A DNA stretch of 64,000 nt from Pseudonocardiaceae bacterium (GCA_051984675.1 JBPYFK010000039.1:5932-69931), one strand, 5' to 3'; positions 7,592 through 16,664 are shown, numbered from the stretch's first letter. The notes: generated by a model from the letters alone, not told the origin. Made by a program: numbers and translations.

Positions 7592-10036
7592 CTAGCGTGC
7601 ATGCGGCCGAGGCCGGCGGTGGGAACTTTCCTTGGCCGAGCGGACGGGTTCTCCCCCGCCTTGTTCTCGTCGGGTCGTGGCTTCGACATCGCCGCGCGCA
7701 GCGGCGGTTGCTGGCATCCGCTGCCCGGTCAGCCAGGCCGCGATCTGCGCGCGCTTGGTGAAACCGAGTTTGGCGAGGATGTGTTCAACGTGGGCCTCGG
7801 CGGTCCGCTGGGAGATGACCAACCTGGTGGCGATGTCCCTGTTGCTGAGCCCCTCCGCGACGAGTTCGGCGATCTCCCGCTCGCGGCGGGTGAGCAGCGC
7901 CTCCGTCCCCTCGCTCTGGGCCGGCGCAGGTCGCCGCGCCTCACGGGCGAATTCGATCGCGTCGTCGGTGGACATTTGCTCCCCGCGCTCAAAGGCCGCC
8001 CGGAAGGCGTGTTCCGCGAGCGCGTCCCGGGCCTGGGTGACGTATTCGTGGTGCAGGCGAGCGAAGACGGCGTAGTTCTCCGGCGTGGAACCGATGGCCT
8101 GCCAGGCGGCGTGGGCGGTTCCAAACAACGTCGCAGCGCGGAGGTAGTCGTGGCGCCGGACGGCAGTCCAGGCCAGGGTGTCCAGGTTGAACGCCATGGC
8201 CAGCCGGTTGTCGAGGCTCTGCTGCATGCTCAGGGCCTGCTTGCCTGCTGCTTCGGCGCGGTCGAGCCCATCGTCGTAGAGCACCTCCACGTGCGCGATG
8301 GACCACAGGGCCCAGGAGTGCCACAGGGTTTCGCCGAGTCGGGAGGTCGTGCGCAGGCATTCCTCCAGCAGCGCCAGCCCCTGCTCCCGCTCGCCGTGTA
8401 AACCGAGCGACATGCCCAACAAGTAGAGTGCGTACAGCTCGCCGCGTAGCAACCCGGCGGCCCGCGAGCGGGTCAGGGAGTCGCGGAGGAGCGCGATCGC
8501 CTGCGGGAGATCTCCGGTGAACAACGCCCCCATACCCCTTATCAGGATGAGGTAGGCGCGTTCGGTGTCGTCTTCGAGGCGCTCGGCCAGTTCGATGGCT
8601 TCGGCCAGCTGCGCCCGTCCGGCCTGCCGGTCGCCTTGGAGCAGGGCGAGACGGCCTCCGATCCGCAATGCCGACAGCCGCTCGCCGATCGGTCGCTCGA
8701 CGGTGGCGAGCAGGCGCTCCAGCCAGTGGCGGGCCTCGGCGTGGAATCCGCGCAGTAACCAGTAGTCATCGATCCGCGTGGCCATCCGCAGCCCCACGAC
8801 GGCCTCACCGGGCTCACTGGCACAGAACTCGAGTGCGACCCGCAGGTTGGCGTGCTCCTGCCGGAGCCGCTGCACCCAGGCGACCTGCTCCGGCCCCAGC
8901 CAGTCCGCCGCGAAGCGCTTCGCGAGTTCCTCGTACCAGTCCCGGTGGCGCCGGCGCACCGCCGACTCCTCCCCGGCCTCGACCAGCCTGGCCTGCCCGT
9001 ACTCGCGCACCGTCTCCAGCATCCTGTACCGGGCCCCACCCGCATCGCCTTCGTGCAGCAGGATCGACTTGTCCGTCAGCGAGCCGACCACACCGAGCAC
9101 TTCCTCGACGGCCAAGTCGCCGCCCGCGGCGGCAACGTACTCGGCCGCGTCGAGATCGAAACCGCCCGAGAACACCGACACCCGGGCCCACACAAGGCGC
9201 TCTTGGTCCGAGCACAGGTCGTAGCTCCAGTCGATCAGCGCGCCCAGCGTTCGCTGCCGTGCGGGTACGTCCCGCGCCTCGGTGGTCAGCAGCCGGAACC
9301 GCTCACCGAGCCGCTCGGCGACCTGCTCGACCGACAGGCTACGAAGCCGCACGGCCGCAAGCTCGATCGCCAGCGGGACGCCGTCGAGGTCATGGCACAC
9401 CTGTGCGACCGCCTTGGCGCTGCTCGCATCCAACCGGAAGGAGATCTGCACCGCCTGGGCGCGCTCGACGAACAGCCGGATCGCGGCATAGCTCGTGAGC
9501 GCCTCAGCCGAGTGCGCCCGGCGCACGTCAGGGACGGCGAAGACGGGAACTGTATACACGCTCTCACCCAGCAGGCCCAGCGCCTGCCGGCCAGTGGCCA
9601 GAATCCGCAGCTCGGGGCAGGCCGCCAGCAAGGTGCTGATCAGCTCCGCACACGGACCGATCAGGTGTTCGCAATTGTCGAGCAGTACCAACCCCGGCTT
9701 GGCCCGCAGGGACTCGATCAGCGCTTCCACCGCCGGACGCGCCGACTGATCATGGATTTCCACCCTCTCGGCGACGGTGTTCGCCAACAACGCGGCCTCG
9801 CGCAGCTCGGCCAGTTCGACGAACCACACGCGGCCCTGGAAACTCCGGCTCAGGTCCCGCGCCACGCGCAGGGCCAGCCGCGTCTTGCCGACCCCTCCGG
9901 CTCCGGTCAACGTGACCAGCCGAGAGGACGACAGCAACCGCTTGACCTCGGTAATCTCCTGCCGGCGACCCACGAAACTGGTCATGTCCGCCGGCAGGTC
10001 GCCGACGCGCTTCCGGCTACCCCGAACGACAGCCAT
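7592..10036 (-). CDS. large ATPase-TPR-LuxR family transcriptional regulator (paralog 2)
   Basis: ORF track 814 aa. Walker A LTGAGGVGKTRLAL, LLDNCEH and C-terminal REREIAELVAEGLSNRDIATRLVISQRTAEAHVEHILAKLG. Colinear with paralog 1 along its whole length (roughly 55-65 percent identity by eye). Confidence 0.9.
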   Translation of the reverse strand: MAVVRGSRKRVGDLPADMTSFVGRRQEITEVKRLLSSSRLVTLTGAGGVGKTRLALRVARDLSRSFQGRVWFVELAELREAALLANTVAERVEIHDQSARPAVEALIESLRAKPGLVLLDNCEHLIGPCAELISTLLAACPELRILATGRQALGLLGESVYTVPVFAVPDVRRAHSAEALTSYAAIRLFVERAQAVQISFRLDASSAKAVAQVCHDLDGVPLAIELAAVRLRSLSVEQVAERLGERFRLLTTEARDVPARQRTLGALIDWSYDLCSDQERLVWARVSVFSGGFDLDAAEYVAAAGGDLAVEEVLGVVGSLTDKSILLHEGDAGGARYRMLETVREYGQARLVEAGEESAVRRRHRDWYEELAKRFAADWLGPEQVAWVQRLRQEHANLRVALEFCASEPGEAVVGLRMATRIDDYWLLRGFHAEARHWLERLLATVERPIGERLSALRIGGRLALLQGDRQAGRAQLAEAIELAERLEDDTERAYLILIRGMGALFTGDLPQAIALLRDSLTRSRAAGLLRGELYALYLLGMSLGLHGEREQGLALLEECLRTTSRLGETLWHSWALWSIAHVEVLYDDGLDRAEAAGKQALSMQQSLDNRLAMAFNLDTLAWTAVRRHDYLRAATLFGTAHAAWQAIGSTPENYAVFARLHHEYVTQARDALAEHAFRAAFERGEQMSTDDAIEFAREARRPAPAQSEGTEALLTRREREIAELVAEGLSNRDIATRLVISQRTAEAHVEHILAKLGFTKRAQIAAWLTGQRMPATAAARGDVEATTRREQGGGEPVRSAKESSHRRPRPHAR

Positions 10037-10079
10037 GTCGTGAGGCTAATGCATACTTTCCGTGATCGGAGCCGGTCAG

Positions 10080-10117
10080 CCAGTCATCACCAGTGAACCC
10101 AGTCATCATCAGTGAAC
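10080..10117. repeat. tandem 19-bp direct repeat (CCAGTCATCAYCAGTGAAC x2, 18/19 identical)
   Basis: Read directly: unit 1 at 10080-10098 and unit 2 at 10099-10117. It lies 44-81 bp upstream of the LuxR paralog-2 start codon (10036, minus strand). Confidence 0.9.
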
Positions 10118-10197
10118 AGCGAGCGGCACTCGCATACGCTGGACTGTCGCTGCAACTCTGGCCTCAGAGCCCACCTGACGTCCGCGATGCGTCGACG

Positions 10198-10965
10198 TCA
10201 CTGCCCGTGCAGGTTCTTCGCCGTGGGCGAGGTGGCAACGCGTTGCGGATCGGGGAAAGTCCCCAGGATTCGATCGGCTGTACCGGACGTGGTGACAGTG
10301 AACCAGTAATGCTCGTTCTTGTAGTGGTGCAGCCGGTGGTTACGCCAGATCGCCCGGTACAGGCGGGTTCGCGGGCGATAGTCGCTATGGATGAGGTAAT
10401 GCGTCCACTCGTAGCCGAAACCGAGCGAGAAGAGGATGACCAGAAAGGTCAGGCCAAGGCCCACGCGAGGAAAGGCCAGGACCGCGATCGCGAGATTCAG
10501 CGGCAACAGCCAGAGCAGAACCTGCCAGGGCACGAACACCAGCGGAACATCGCGGGGATCGGCATGGTGCTCGCGGTGTTTGCGGGCCAGCAGCGGATCG
10601 ATCGTGTAGCCGACCAGTGTGCGCGGCCTCCAATGCAGGAGGAACACATGAATGATCCACTCGACCAACGGGAATGCCGCGATCATCACGACTGGAACCA
10701 ACGCGTCGCCGCTGCGCCAGTCACCGACGATCACCCTGGCCACCAGCGCACCGAACAGGGCCGTTCCGAGCAACCACGGTGAAGGGTGCTGCCAGAACGC
10801 CCGCCACTCGTCGCCCAGGCTGCCGGGTTTCCGGCGTGGGTCCGCGACATTGCCGGATTCTTCGACCCGCAGACGGGCACGAGCGCGCCGCTCCAGATCA
10901 GCGGCGCGGGTCCGCCATGCGGTGACACGGTCTCCCAGCTGCTCCGAGATGCGGGTAGGACTCAC
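10198..10965 (-). CDS. fatty acid hydroxylase / sterol desaturase superfamily membrane protein
   Basis: ORF track 255 aa. Three histidine boxes (HVFLLH, HREHH, HRLHH) and hydrophobic segments. The start overlaps the stop of the upstream GntR gene (10962-10965). Confidence 0.8.
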   Translation of the reverse strand: MSPTRISEQLGDRVTAWRTRAADLERRARARLRVEESGNVADPRRKPGSLGDEWRAFWQHPSPWLLGTALFGALVARVIVGDWRSGDALVPVVMIAAFPLVEWIIHVFLLHWRPRTLVGYTIDPLLARKHREHHADPRDVPLVFVPWQVLLWLLPLNLAIAVLAFPRVGLGLTFLVILFSLGFGYEWTHYLIHSDYRPRTRLYRAIWRNHRLHHYKNEHYWFTVTTSGTADRILGTFPDPQRVATSPTAKNLHGQ

Positions 10966-11681
10966 GGTTCCTCCAAAGAGCGAAAGATGTCGAGGAAAGC
11001 GGTCGTGGCGGGGGTCAGCAGATCCTCAGCGCCGCCGCGGGCAGCGTCTGGATCGCCCGCGACAATGGCGGCGGCCAGGTCTCGATAGGTGTCGATCCGA
11101 TCCACCTCCGAGGCCATGACGCTCGCCAGAGCTTCCAGCGCCGGCTCGTAGGCAGCGCGCAGACTGTTGAACATCAACCGGAAGACAATGGAATCGGCCC
11201 CGTCGACCACGTGATCCCAGAACATCAGCGCGGTCCGCTGCCTTGCCACCGCATCGGGGTCGACACGCAATGCCTCGACCGCATCGGTAAGCGCCGGCGC
11301 GAGGCGGGCACCAGTACGCTCAGCGGCGAGCGCCGCGACCTTCGGCCCGACCTCCAGCCGCGCCTCCAGAATGCTGCGCGCGACCTTGAGGTCCACTTTG
11401 CCCTTTCGCACCAGCAACGACGCGAGCAAGTCAAGCCCACCGTGACGCCGGAAGTCGCGTACCGTCGCGCCGCCGCCGTGCCGGATCGTGACCAAACCCG
11501 CCTGGGCCATTCGCTGCATAGCCTCTCGGACGGCAGGGCGCGAAACGCCGAGAACTTCGGCGAGATGGCGTTCGCTGGGCAGGCTGTCATGTGCTTGGCG
11601 CTCACCCGAGACGACCTCCCCGAGGAGTTGATCGAACACCTCGTCGGGTACGGACCGTCTCGTTATCCGCTGCAACGCCAT
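10962..11681 (-). CDS. GntR family (FadR-type, FCD domain) transcriptional regulator
   Basis: ORF track 10962..11687. The ATG at 11681 gives MALQRITRRSVPDEVFDQLL. HTH is LPSERHLAEVLGVSRPAVREAMQRMAQAGLVTIRHGGGATV. Confidence 0.85.
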   Translation of the reverse strand: MALQRITRRSVPDEVFDQLLGEVVSGERQAHDSLPSERHLAEVLGVSRPAVREAMQRMAQAGLVTIRHGGGATVRDFRRHGGLDLLASLLVRKGKVDLKVARSILEARLEVGPKVAALAAERTGARLAPALTDAVEALRVDPDAVARQRTALMFWDHVVDGADSIVFRLMFNSLRAAYEPALEALASVMASEVDRIDTYRDLAAAIVAGDPDAARGGAEDLLTPATTAFLDIFRSLEEP

Positions 11682-11688
11682 GACCAAC

Positions 11689-11732
11689 GGTAAGCTACTT
11701 GCGAGTAAGTGGTCAAGTGGTCTTACCAGCTA
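11689..11732. promoter_or_regulatory. candidate GntR/FadR operator: tandem AAGTGGTC x2 flanked by GGTAAG/CTTACC inverted repeat
   Basis: AAGTGGTC at 11707-11714 and 11715-11722. GGTAAG at 11689-11694 pairs with CTTACC at 11722-11727. It lies 8-50 bp upstream of the GntR ATG. TGGTC resembles FadR-type half-sites. Confidence 0.3.
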
Positions 11733-11915
11733 CCGTCCGCTTCCGGCATGTCGCGCAGTCCTCCTTGCACGCGGCGATGGTTAGCCTGTCCCCGCTGCGC
11801 CCCATTGCACTCGGTATTCCCGCTCGGTCGGCCGATCGTTAAGTTGGGACCCGAGATCCAGGCTGGAGCAGCGTGCGGTTCGAGTAGACCAAACCGGGCA
11901 TTTGGGTGATCGTTT

Positions 11916-12815
11916 GTGATGCTGGCGTCGATCGGGGATTGGATGGCGTCTCACGGCTGGTTCGCGCTGTCGGAGCTCGCGGACAGCGCCGTGATCCTCG
12001 TGGTGGCACTGGGTGTCCGAGCCGTCGTAGGACGGCTGATCACGCATTTGATGGCGCGACTCAGCCACGCTCGCGCGACGACGCACACGTGGCGCAATCG
12101 CCTCCGCAAGGACCACACGCCGCTCAACCAGCGCCAGGCAGCGCGGGCCGACACGCTCAGCTCCATCCTGCGCAGTACAGCCAGCGTGCTGATCTTCGGG
12201 GTGGCGCTGGTGATGATGCTCGATGCGTTCCACGTCAACATCGGGCCGATCTTGGCGAGCGCGGGCGTGGTCGGGCTGGCGATTGGTTTCGGTGCACAGA
12301 GCCTGGTCAAGGATGTGCTGGCCGGGATGTTCATGATGGCCGAAGACCAGTACGGCGTGGGTGATGTGATCAACGTCGGAACAGCCGTGGGCACCGTGGA
12401 AGGCGTCACGCTGCGCATCGTCAAGATCCGCGACCTCGACGGTGCCCTGTGGTACGTGCGCAACGGTGAGATCACGTCGGTGTGCAACATGTCCCAGGAC
12501 TGGGCCAACGCGGTCGTCGAGGTCCCGCTGGAGCCCACGGCGAACCTGGCCAAGGCCAACAACGTCATCGAGCGGGCACTGGAGAAGTTTGCCGACGGCC
12601 GCCAGGACCTGCTGAACAAGCCCGACATCGCTGGAGTCACCAGCCTCAACAACGGCGCGGTGACCGTACGCGTGCTCGTCAAGACGAAACCGAACGCGCA
12701 ATGGGAGGTCGGTCGGGCCATGCGCATCTCGCTCAAGGAAGCCCTCGACGACGAAGGCATCCACATTGCCATGCCCCGTGCCGTCACCACCCCGAACAGC
12801 AACGCCCTCCACTGA
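11916..12815 (+). CDS. mechanosensitive ion channel (MscS family)
   Basis: ORF track 299 aa. Channel-core sequence GAQSLVKDVLAGMFMMAEDQYGVGDVINVGTAVGTVEGVTLRIVKIRDLDGALWYVRNGEI, preceded by TM helices. Confidence 0.85.
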   Translation: MMLASIGDWMASHGWFALSELADSAVILVVALGVRAVVGRLITHLMARLSHARATTHTWRNRLRKDHTPLNQRQAARADTLSSILRSTASVLIFGVALVMMLDAFHVNIGPILASAGVVGLAIGFGAQSLVKDVLAGMFMMAEDQYGVGDVINVGTAVGTVEGVTLRIVKIRDLDGALWYVRNGEITSVCNMSQDWANAVVEVPLEPTANLAKANNVIERALEKFADGRQDLLNKPDIAGVTSLNNGAVTVRVLVKTKPNAQWEVGRAMRISLKEALDDEGIHIAMPRAVTTPNSNALH

Positions 12816-12875
12816 CAACGCCCGGTCAGCCGGGTGCACCCAAGTGAACCCGTGCTGTCCCAACGATGTCGATCC

Positions 12876-12948
12876 GCGCGCCAGCAAGCGGTTTCGAACA
12901 CGAGGACCCGCCGATCCTACATCGTGCTCGAACCGCTTGCTGGCGCGC
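12876..12948. terminator. long imperfect inverted repeat (about 26 bp stem, 18-nt loop) between convergent genes; likely bidirectional terminator
   Basis: Left arm GCGCGCCAGCAAGCGGTTTCGAACACGA (12876-12903) pairs with right arm TCGTGCTCGAACCGCTTGCTGGCGCGC (12922-12948), with one bulge and one mismatch. It lies between the mscS stop (12815) and the MFS stop (12966). Confidence 0.6.
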
Positions 12949-12965
12949 TGGCGGCTACGCCTTCC

Positions 12966-14390
12966 CTATGAGGCGAATCGGGTGTGTAGTTCGGTTTCGA
13001 GTTTCTCCAGGGAACGGCCGCGGGTTTCCGGGACGAGTCTCGCGACGAAGGCCAGGGAGATCACGCCGACCACGACGAAGATGAGGAAGGTGCTGGCGAG
13101 GCCGAAACCGTCGACCATGACGGGGTAGGTCAGGCCGATGACGAAGTTGGTCAACCACAGCGTCAGGCTGGCGATTCCGAAGGCGAAGCCGCGCATTTTC
13201 AGTGGGAAGATCTCCGCGAGCATCAGCCAGGTCACGGGCGAGGTCGCGCCCTGCTGGAAGGCCAGGAAGGTCACGGTCAGGCTCAGCACGACCAGTCCGC
13301 GGCTGATGCCTTCGGGCATGACAAGCGAGACGATCGCGACCAGCAGCAACGCGGTCGTGGTGCCGGCGATGCCGACCAGCAGCATGGGTCTGCGGTTGAC
13401 TCGGCCGAGGAGGTAGATGCCGACGAAGGTGGCCAGCACCGAGATCACGCCGTTGGCGATGTTGGCGATGATGGCGCCGTTGGCGGAGAACCCCGAGTTC
13501 TTCAGGATCTGTGTGCCGTAGTACATGATGGTGTTGACGCCGCTGACCTGTTGAACGATCGCGATCCCGATGCCGACCAGGATCAGCCGGCGGACCCACG
13601 GGATGGCCAGGTCCGACCAGCCGCCGGTCTGTGACTTCTTGTCCTCCAGAGCCAGCCGTTTGACCTCGGTGAACTCGTCTTCGGCGCGTTGGGCCGAGCG
13701 GACTTGGCGCAGGACGTCCAGGGCGTCGGCGAAGCGGTCTTGGGAGGCCAGCCAGCGTGGGCTTTCGGGCATGACCAGCATCCCGAACCACAGCATCACG
13801 GCTGGCAGGGTGGCCACCACGAGCATGTAGCGCCACACGTGCGCGGAGTTGCCCAGAGCGTTGGCGATGCCGGCGTTGAAGGTGAATGCCAGCAGTTGGC
13901 CGGTGACGATCATCAGCTCGTTCTGGGTGACCAGTCGGCCTCGACGTTCGGTGGGGGCGAGTTCGGCGAGGTAGGTCGGCACGGTCACCGAGGCGCCACC
14001 GACGGCCAGGCCGAGCACGAAGCGGGCGGCGACCATGACCGCGGTGCTGGGGGCCAGTGTGCTCGCCAGCGTGCCCAGCACGAAGATCACCGCGAGGGTG
14101 AGGAGGTTGCGGCGGCGCCCGCGGGCGTCGGAGAGCCGGCCGCCGAAAAACGCTCCCAGCGCGGCGCCGAGCAGCAATGAGCTGGTGACCAGGCCTTCGG
14201 TGAACGAGGTCAGCCCGAGGTCTTTTTCCATGTAGGGCAGGGCACCGTTGATGACGCCGGTGTCGTAGCCGAACAGCAGACCACCGAAGGTGGAGATGAC
14301 GGTGATGAGTTTCAGGCGGCGGGAATGTGGCCCCTTGGTTTCCAGCGGCACCGAGGGCGCCGGGGTCACGTCGCTGGGCGTTTCGGACAT
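12966..14390 (-). CDS. MFS sugar porter (sugar/inositol:H+ symporter type)
   Basis: ORF track 12966..14447. ATG at 14390 (MSETPSDV) follows GAGGAA. Signatures FGYDTGVINGALPYM, GRLSDARGRR and PESPRWL. Confidence 0.9.
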   Translation of the reverse strand: MSETPSDVTPAPSVPLETKGPHSRRLKLITVISTFGGLLFGYDTGVINGALPYMEKDLGLTSFTEGLVTSSLLLGAALGAFFGGRLSDARGRRRNLLTLAVIFVLGTLASTLAPSTAVMVAARFVLGLAVGGASVTVPTYLAELAPTERRGRLVTQNELMIVTGQLLAFTFNAGIANALGNSAHVWRYMLVVATLPAVMLWFGMLVMPESPRWLASQDRFADALDVLRQVRSAQRAEDEFTEVKRLALEDKKSQTGGWSDLAIPWVRRLILVGIGIAIVQQVSGVNTIMYYGTQILKNSGFSANGAIIANIANGVISVLATFVGIYLLGRVNRRPMLLVGIAGTTTALLLVAIVSLVMPEGISRGLVVLSLTVTFLAFQQGATSPVTWLMLAEIFPLKMRGFAFGIASLTLWLTNFVIGLTYPVMVDGFGLASTFLIFVVVGVISLAFVARLVPETRGRSLEKLETELHTRFAS

Positions 14391-14443
14391 GGTGCTTTCT
14401 TCCTCGTTGGGGGGGAATGGATGTTCGCGGCTACGGCGACACG

Positions 14444-14733
14444 TCACCGGGTCTCGGGGCGTCGGGTACCGCTCAGCCCGCAGCGGGCCAGGTATTCACG
14501 GGTGCGGACGGCGATGGGCAGCGGCACATCTGGCGCGCACGGATAGAGATCCTGCTCCACGATCACGAACAGCTCACTATCCAAAGCAGACACGGCATCG
14601 ATGACCTCGGCCGGGTTGGGCACGCCCGCCGGCGGCTCCACAGAAACCACACGCCCCACGAGTCCGGCGCGGAACCAAGGCAGAGATTGCCCGCCACCGT
14701 GCGTGCGACCGTGGGCTGCGACGCCCCTGTCAT
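14444..14733 (-). pseudogene. remnant of a xylose-isomerase-like TIM-barrel sugar phosphate isomerase/epimerase (IolE-like), with internal deletion plus frameshift
   Basis: ATG at 14733 behind GAGGAGG encodes MTGASQPTVARTVAGNLCLGSAPDSWGVWF, the family N-terminus. A different frame (ORF 14444..14659) then carries only the family C-terminus VPNPAEVIDAVSALDSELFVIVEQDLYPCAPDVPLPIAVRTREYLARCG. About 200 codons are missing. Confidence 0.5.
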
Positions 14734-14895
14734 GAATGAACCTCCTCGGTCATGGACGAACCCCCTCGTGGCGAGCGGTGCTCGGTTGTCGGTCGTGCGC
14801 GTTCAACTAGCGCGCTCTAGGTGGAGTACTATGCTGCCCATCACAGGCAAATGTCAATACGTTCTATCAATATCGCCGCAAGGCAGGATGGAGCG

Positions 14896-15933
14896 ATGGA
14901 CGAGCAGCCGAGCACACCCCGGCGAAACGGTGCACGCGAACGCCGGCCCACGATGGCCGACGTCGCCGCGCGGGCCGGGGTGTCCCGAGCACTGGTTTCG
15001 CTGGTCTTCCGCGCCCAACCAGGCGTCGGTGCGGCCACCCGAGACCGCGTCATCGAGGCCGCGGACGAACTCGGCTACCGGCCGGACACCGCCGCCCGGC
15101 TGCTCGCGCGAGGCCGGAGCCGAACGCTCGGCGTGATGCTGACCGTGCACCAGCCGTTCCATGCGGATCTGGTGGAGGCGATCTATCCGGCGGCCGAGCG
15201 GCTCGGTTACGAGGTGCTGCTGTCCGCTAGCGCGCCCGGGCGGGACGAGCGCAAGGCGGTGGAGGCGCTGCTCAGCCATCGCTGCGAGGGACTCATCCTG
15301 CTGGGTCCACTCGCGGACGTCCGCTGGCTGGACGAACTCGGCCAGCACACGGTCACCGCCGTGGTCGGCCGCCGGCTTCCCGGTGTCCATGTGGACAGCA
15401 TTCACACCTCCGATGCCATCGGCATCCGGCAGGCGGTCGACCACCTCGTCGAACTCGGGCACCGCGCGATCGCGCACATCGACGGCGGCAAGGGGCCGGG
15501 GTCGGTGGACCGTCGTCGCGCCTACCGGGCCGCCATGCGCCGACACAAGCTGGCCGACGACGTCGACGTCATCCCCGGTCACCACACCGAGGATGCCGGG
15601 ATCGCCGCTGGCCAGACGTTGCTGGCCAGGACCCAGCTACCGACCGCGGTACTGGCCGGCAACGATCGGTGCGCGCTGGGGCTGATCCGCACACTGCTCC
15701 GGGCCGGCGTGGACGTTCCACAGGACGTGTCCGTCGTCGGTTACGACGACAGCCATCTCGCACATCTGACCCACGACCTGACGACGGTCGGGCAGGACGC
15801 GGTGCGGCTGGCTGAGCATGCCGTCCACTCGACCGTCCGGCGGCTCGAGGATGACTCGATGCCGCCGGACGAGGTGGTGCTGGAGCCCAAGCTGGTCGTG
15901 CGTAGCACCAGCGCCGTGCCCCGGGCCGATTAG
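14896..15933 (+). CDS. LacI family transcriptional regulator
   Basis: ORF track 14821..15933 with an in-frame ATG at 14896. HTH is PTMADVAARAGVSRALVSLVFRAQPGVGAATRDRVIEAADELGYRPDTAARLLA, followed by a periplasmic-binding-fold core. Confidence 0.9.
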   Translation: MDEQPSTPRRNGARERRPTMADVAARAGVSRALVSLVFRAQPGVGAATRDRVIEAADELGYRPDTAARLLARGRSRTLGVMLTVHQPFHADLVEAIYPAAERLGYEVLLSASAPGRDERKAVEALLSHRCEGLILLGPLADVRWLDELGQHTVTAVVGRRLPGVHVDSIHTSDAIGIRQAVDHLVELGHRAIAHIDGGKGPGSVDRRRAYRAAMRRHKLADDVDVIPGHHTEDAGIAAGQTLLARTQLPTAVLAGNDRCALGLIRTLLRAGVDVPQDVSVVGYDDSHLAHLTHDLTTVGQDAVRLAEHAVHSTVRRLEDDSMPPDEVVLEPKLVVRSTSAVPRAD

Positions 15934-16664
15934 CGGGCCTGTTGGCCCCGGATCGGCCAGCCGGTGATGTTCTTTCGTCGTGGTGGCGCGTAGCCACCGG
16001 CCTTCGACGTGCGCAAACCGAGCCGCACCAAGGATTCCGCGAGGCCGACGGCTGCGGTCACCCCGTCGACGACCGGCACCCCGGCGGCGGCTTCGACGCG
16101 CTCGGCGAGCCCGGTCATCCCGGCACACCCCAAGCAGATCACCTCCGCCCCGTCGGATTCCACGGCCCGCGCGGCTTCGGCGGCGATCCGCTCGACCGTG
16201 CGGTCCAGCTCGGCTTCCAGCTCCAGCACGGGCATCTCAGTGGCACGCACCGAGACGCACCGGCCGTCCAGTCCGGCCAGTCGCAGCCGGTCGTCGATCT
16301 GGCCGATCGTGCGGCGCAGCGAGGTCACCACGGAGTAGCGGCGGCCGAGCAGGCACGCCACATGCGCGGCGGCCTCGGTGATGTCGACCACCGGGACGTC
16401 GAGAAGCTCCGCGAGCCCCTCCTTGCCGTGTTCCCCGAAGCCGGCCAGTACGAGGGCGTCGAAAGGTTCCTGGATCGCGGAGACACGATCCATCACCGCG
16501 ACCGCGGCGAGGTAGCTCTCGAAGTTGCCCTCGACCGACTCCGGGCCGAAAAACGGGGTCACGGCAACGATTTCGGTACCCGCACTGGCGACTTTCGCGG
16601 CTTGCTGCCGGATTCCTTCCGTGACCGCCTCGGTGGTGTTGACGTTTGCGATAACAATGCGCAC
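15930..16664 (-). CDS. Asp/Glu/hydantoin racemase family protein
   Basis: ORF track 244 aa. It starts MRIVIANVNTTEAVTEGI and contains the GCAGMTG motif, with conserved Cys-containing segments typical of hydantoin/Asp-Glu racemases. Confidence 0.8.
   Translation of the reverse strand: MRIVIANVNTTEAVTEGIRQQAAKVASAGTEIVAVTPFFGPESVEGNFESYLAAVAVMDRVSAIQEPFDALVLAGFGEHGKEGLAELLDVPVVDITEAAAHVACLLGRRYSVVTSLRRTIGQIDDRLRLAGLDGRCVSVRATEMPVLELEAELDRTVERIAAEAARAVESDGAEVICLGCAGMTGLAERVEAAAGVPVVDGVTAAVGLAESLVRLGLRTSKAGGYAPPRRKNITGWPIRGQQAR

Noticed and set aside
7584-7613. GCCTCGG...CCGAGGC hairpin between the convergent LuxR genes as a terminator
   Set aside because: It has a 7-bp stem with a 16-nt loop, half of it inside the coding end of paralog 2. 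That is too weak to call.
14805-14822. AACTAGCGCGCTCTAGGT as the LacI operator
   Set aside because: Only 14/18 positions are symmetric and the sequence is GC-rich, so chance is plausible. The alternative AT-rich TGTCAATACGTTCTATCAA nearby is even less symmetric. There is not enough support to call a site.
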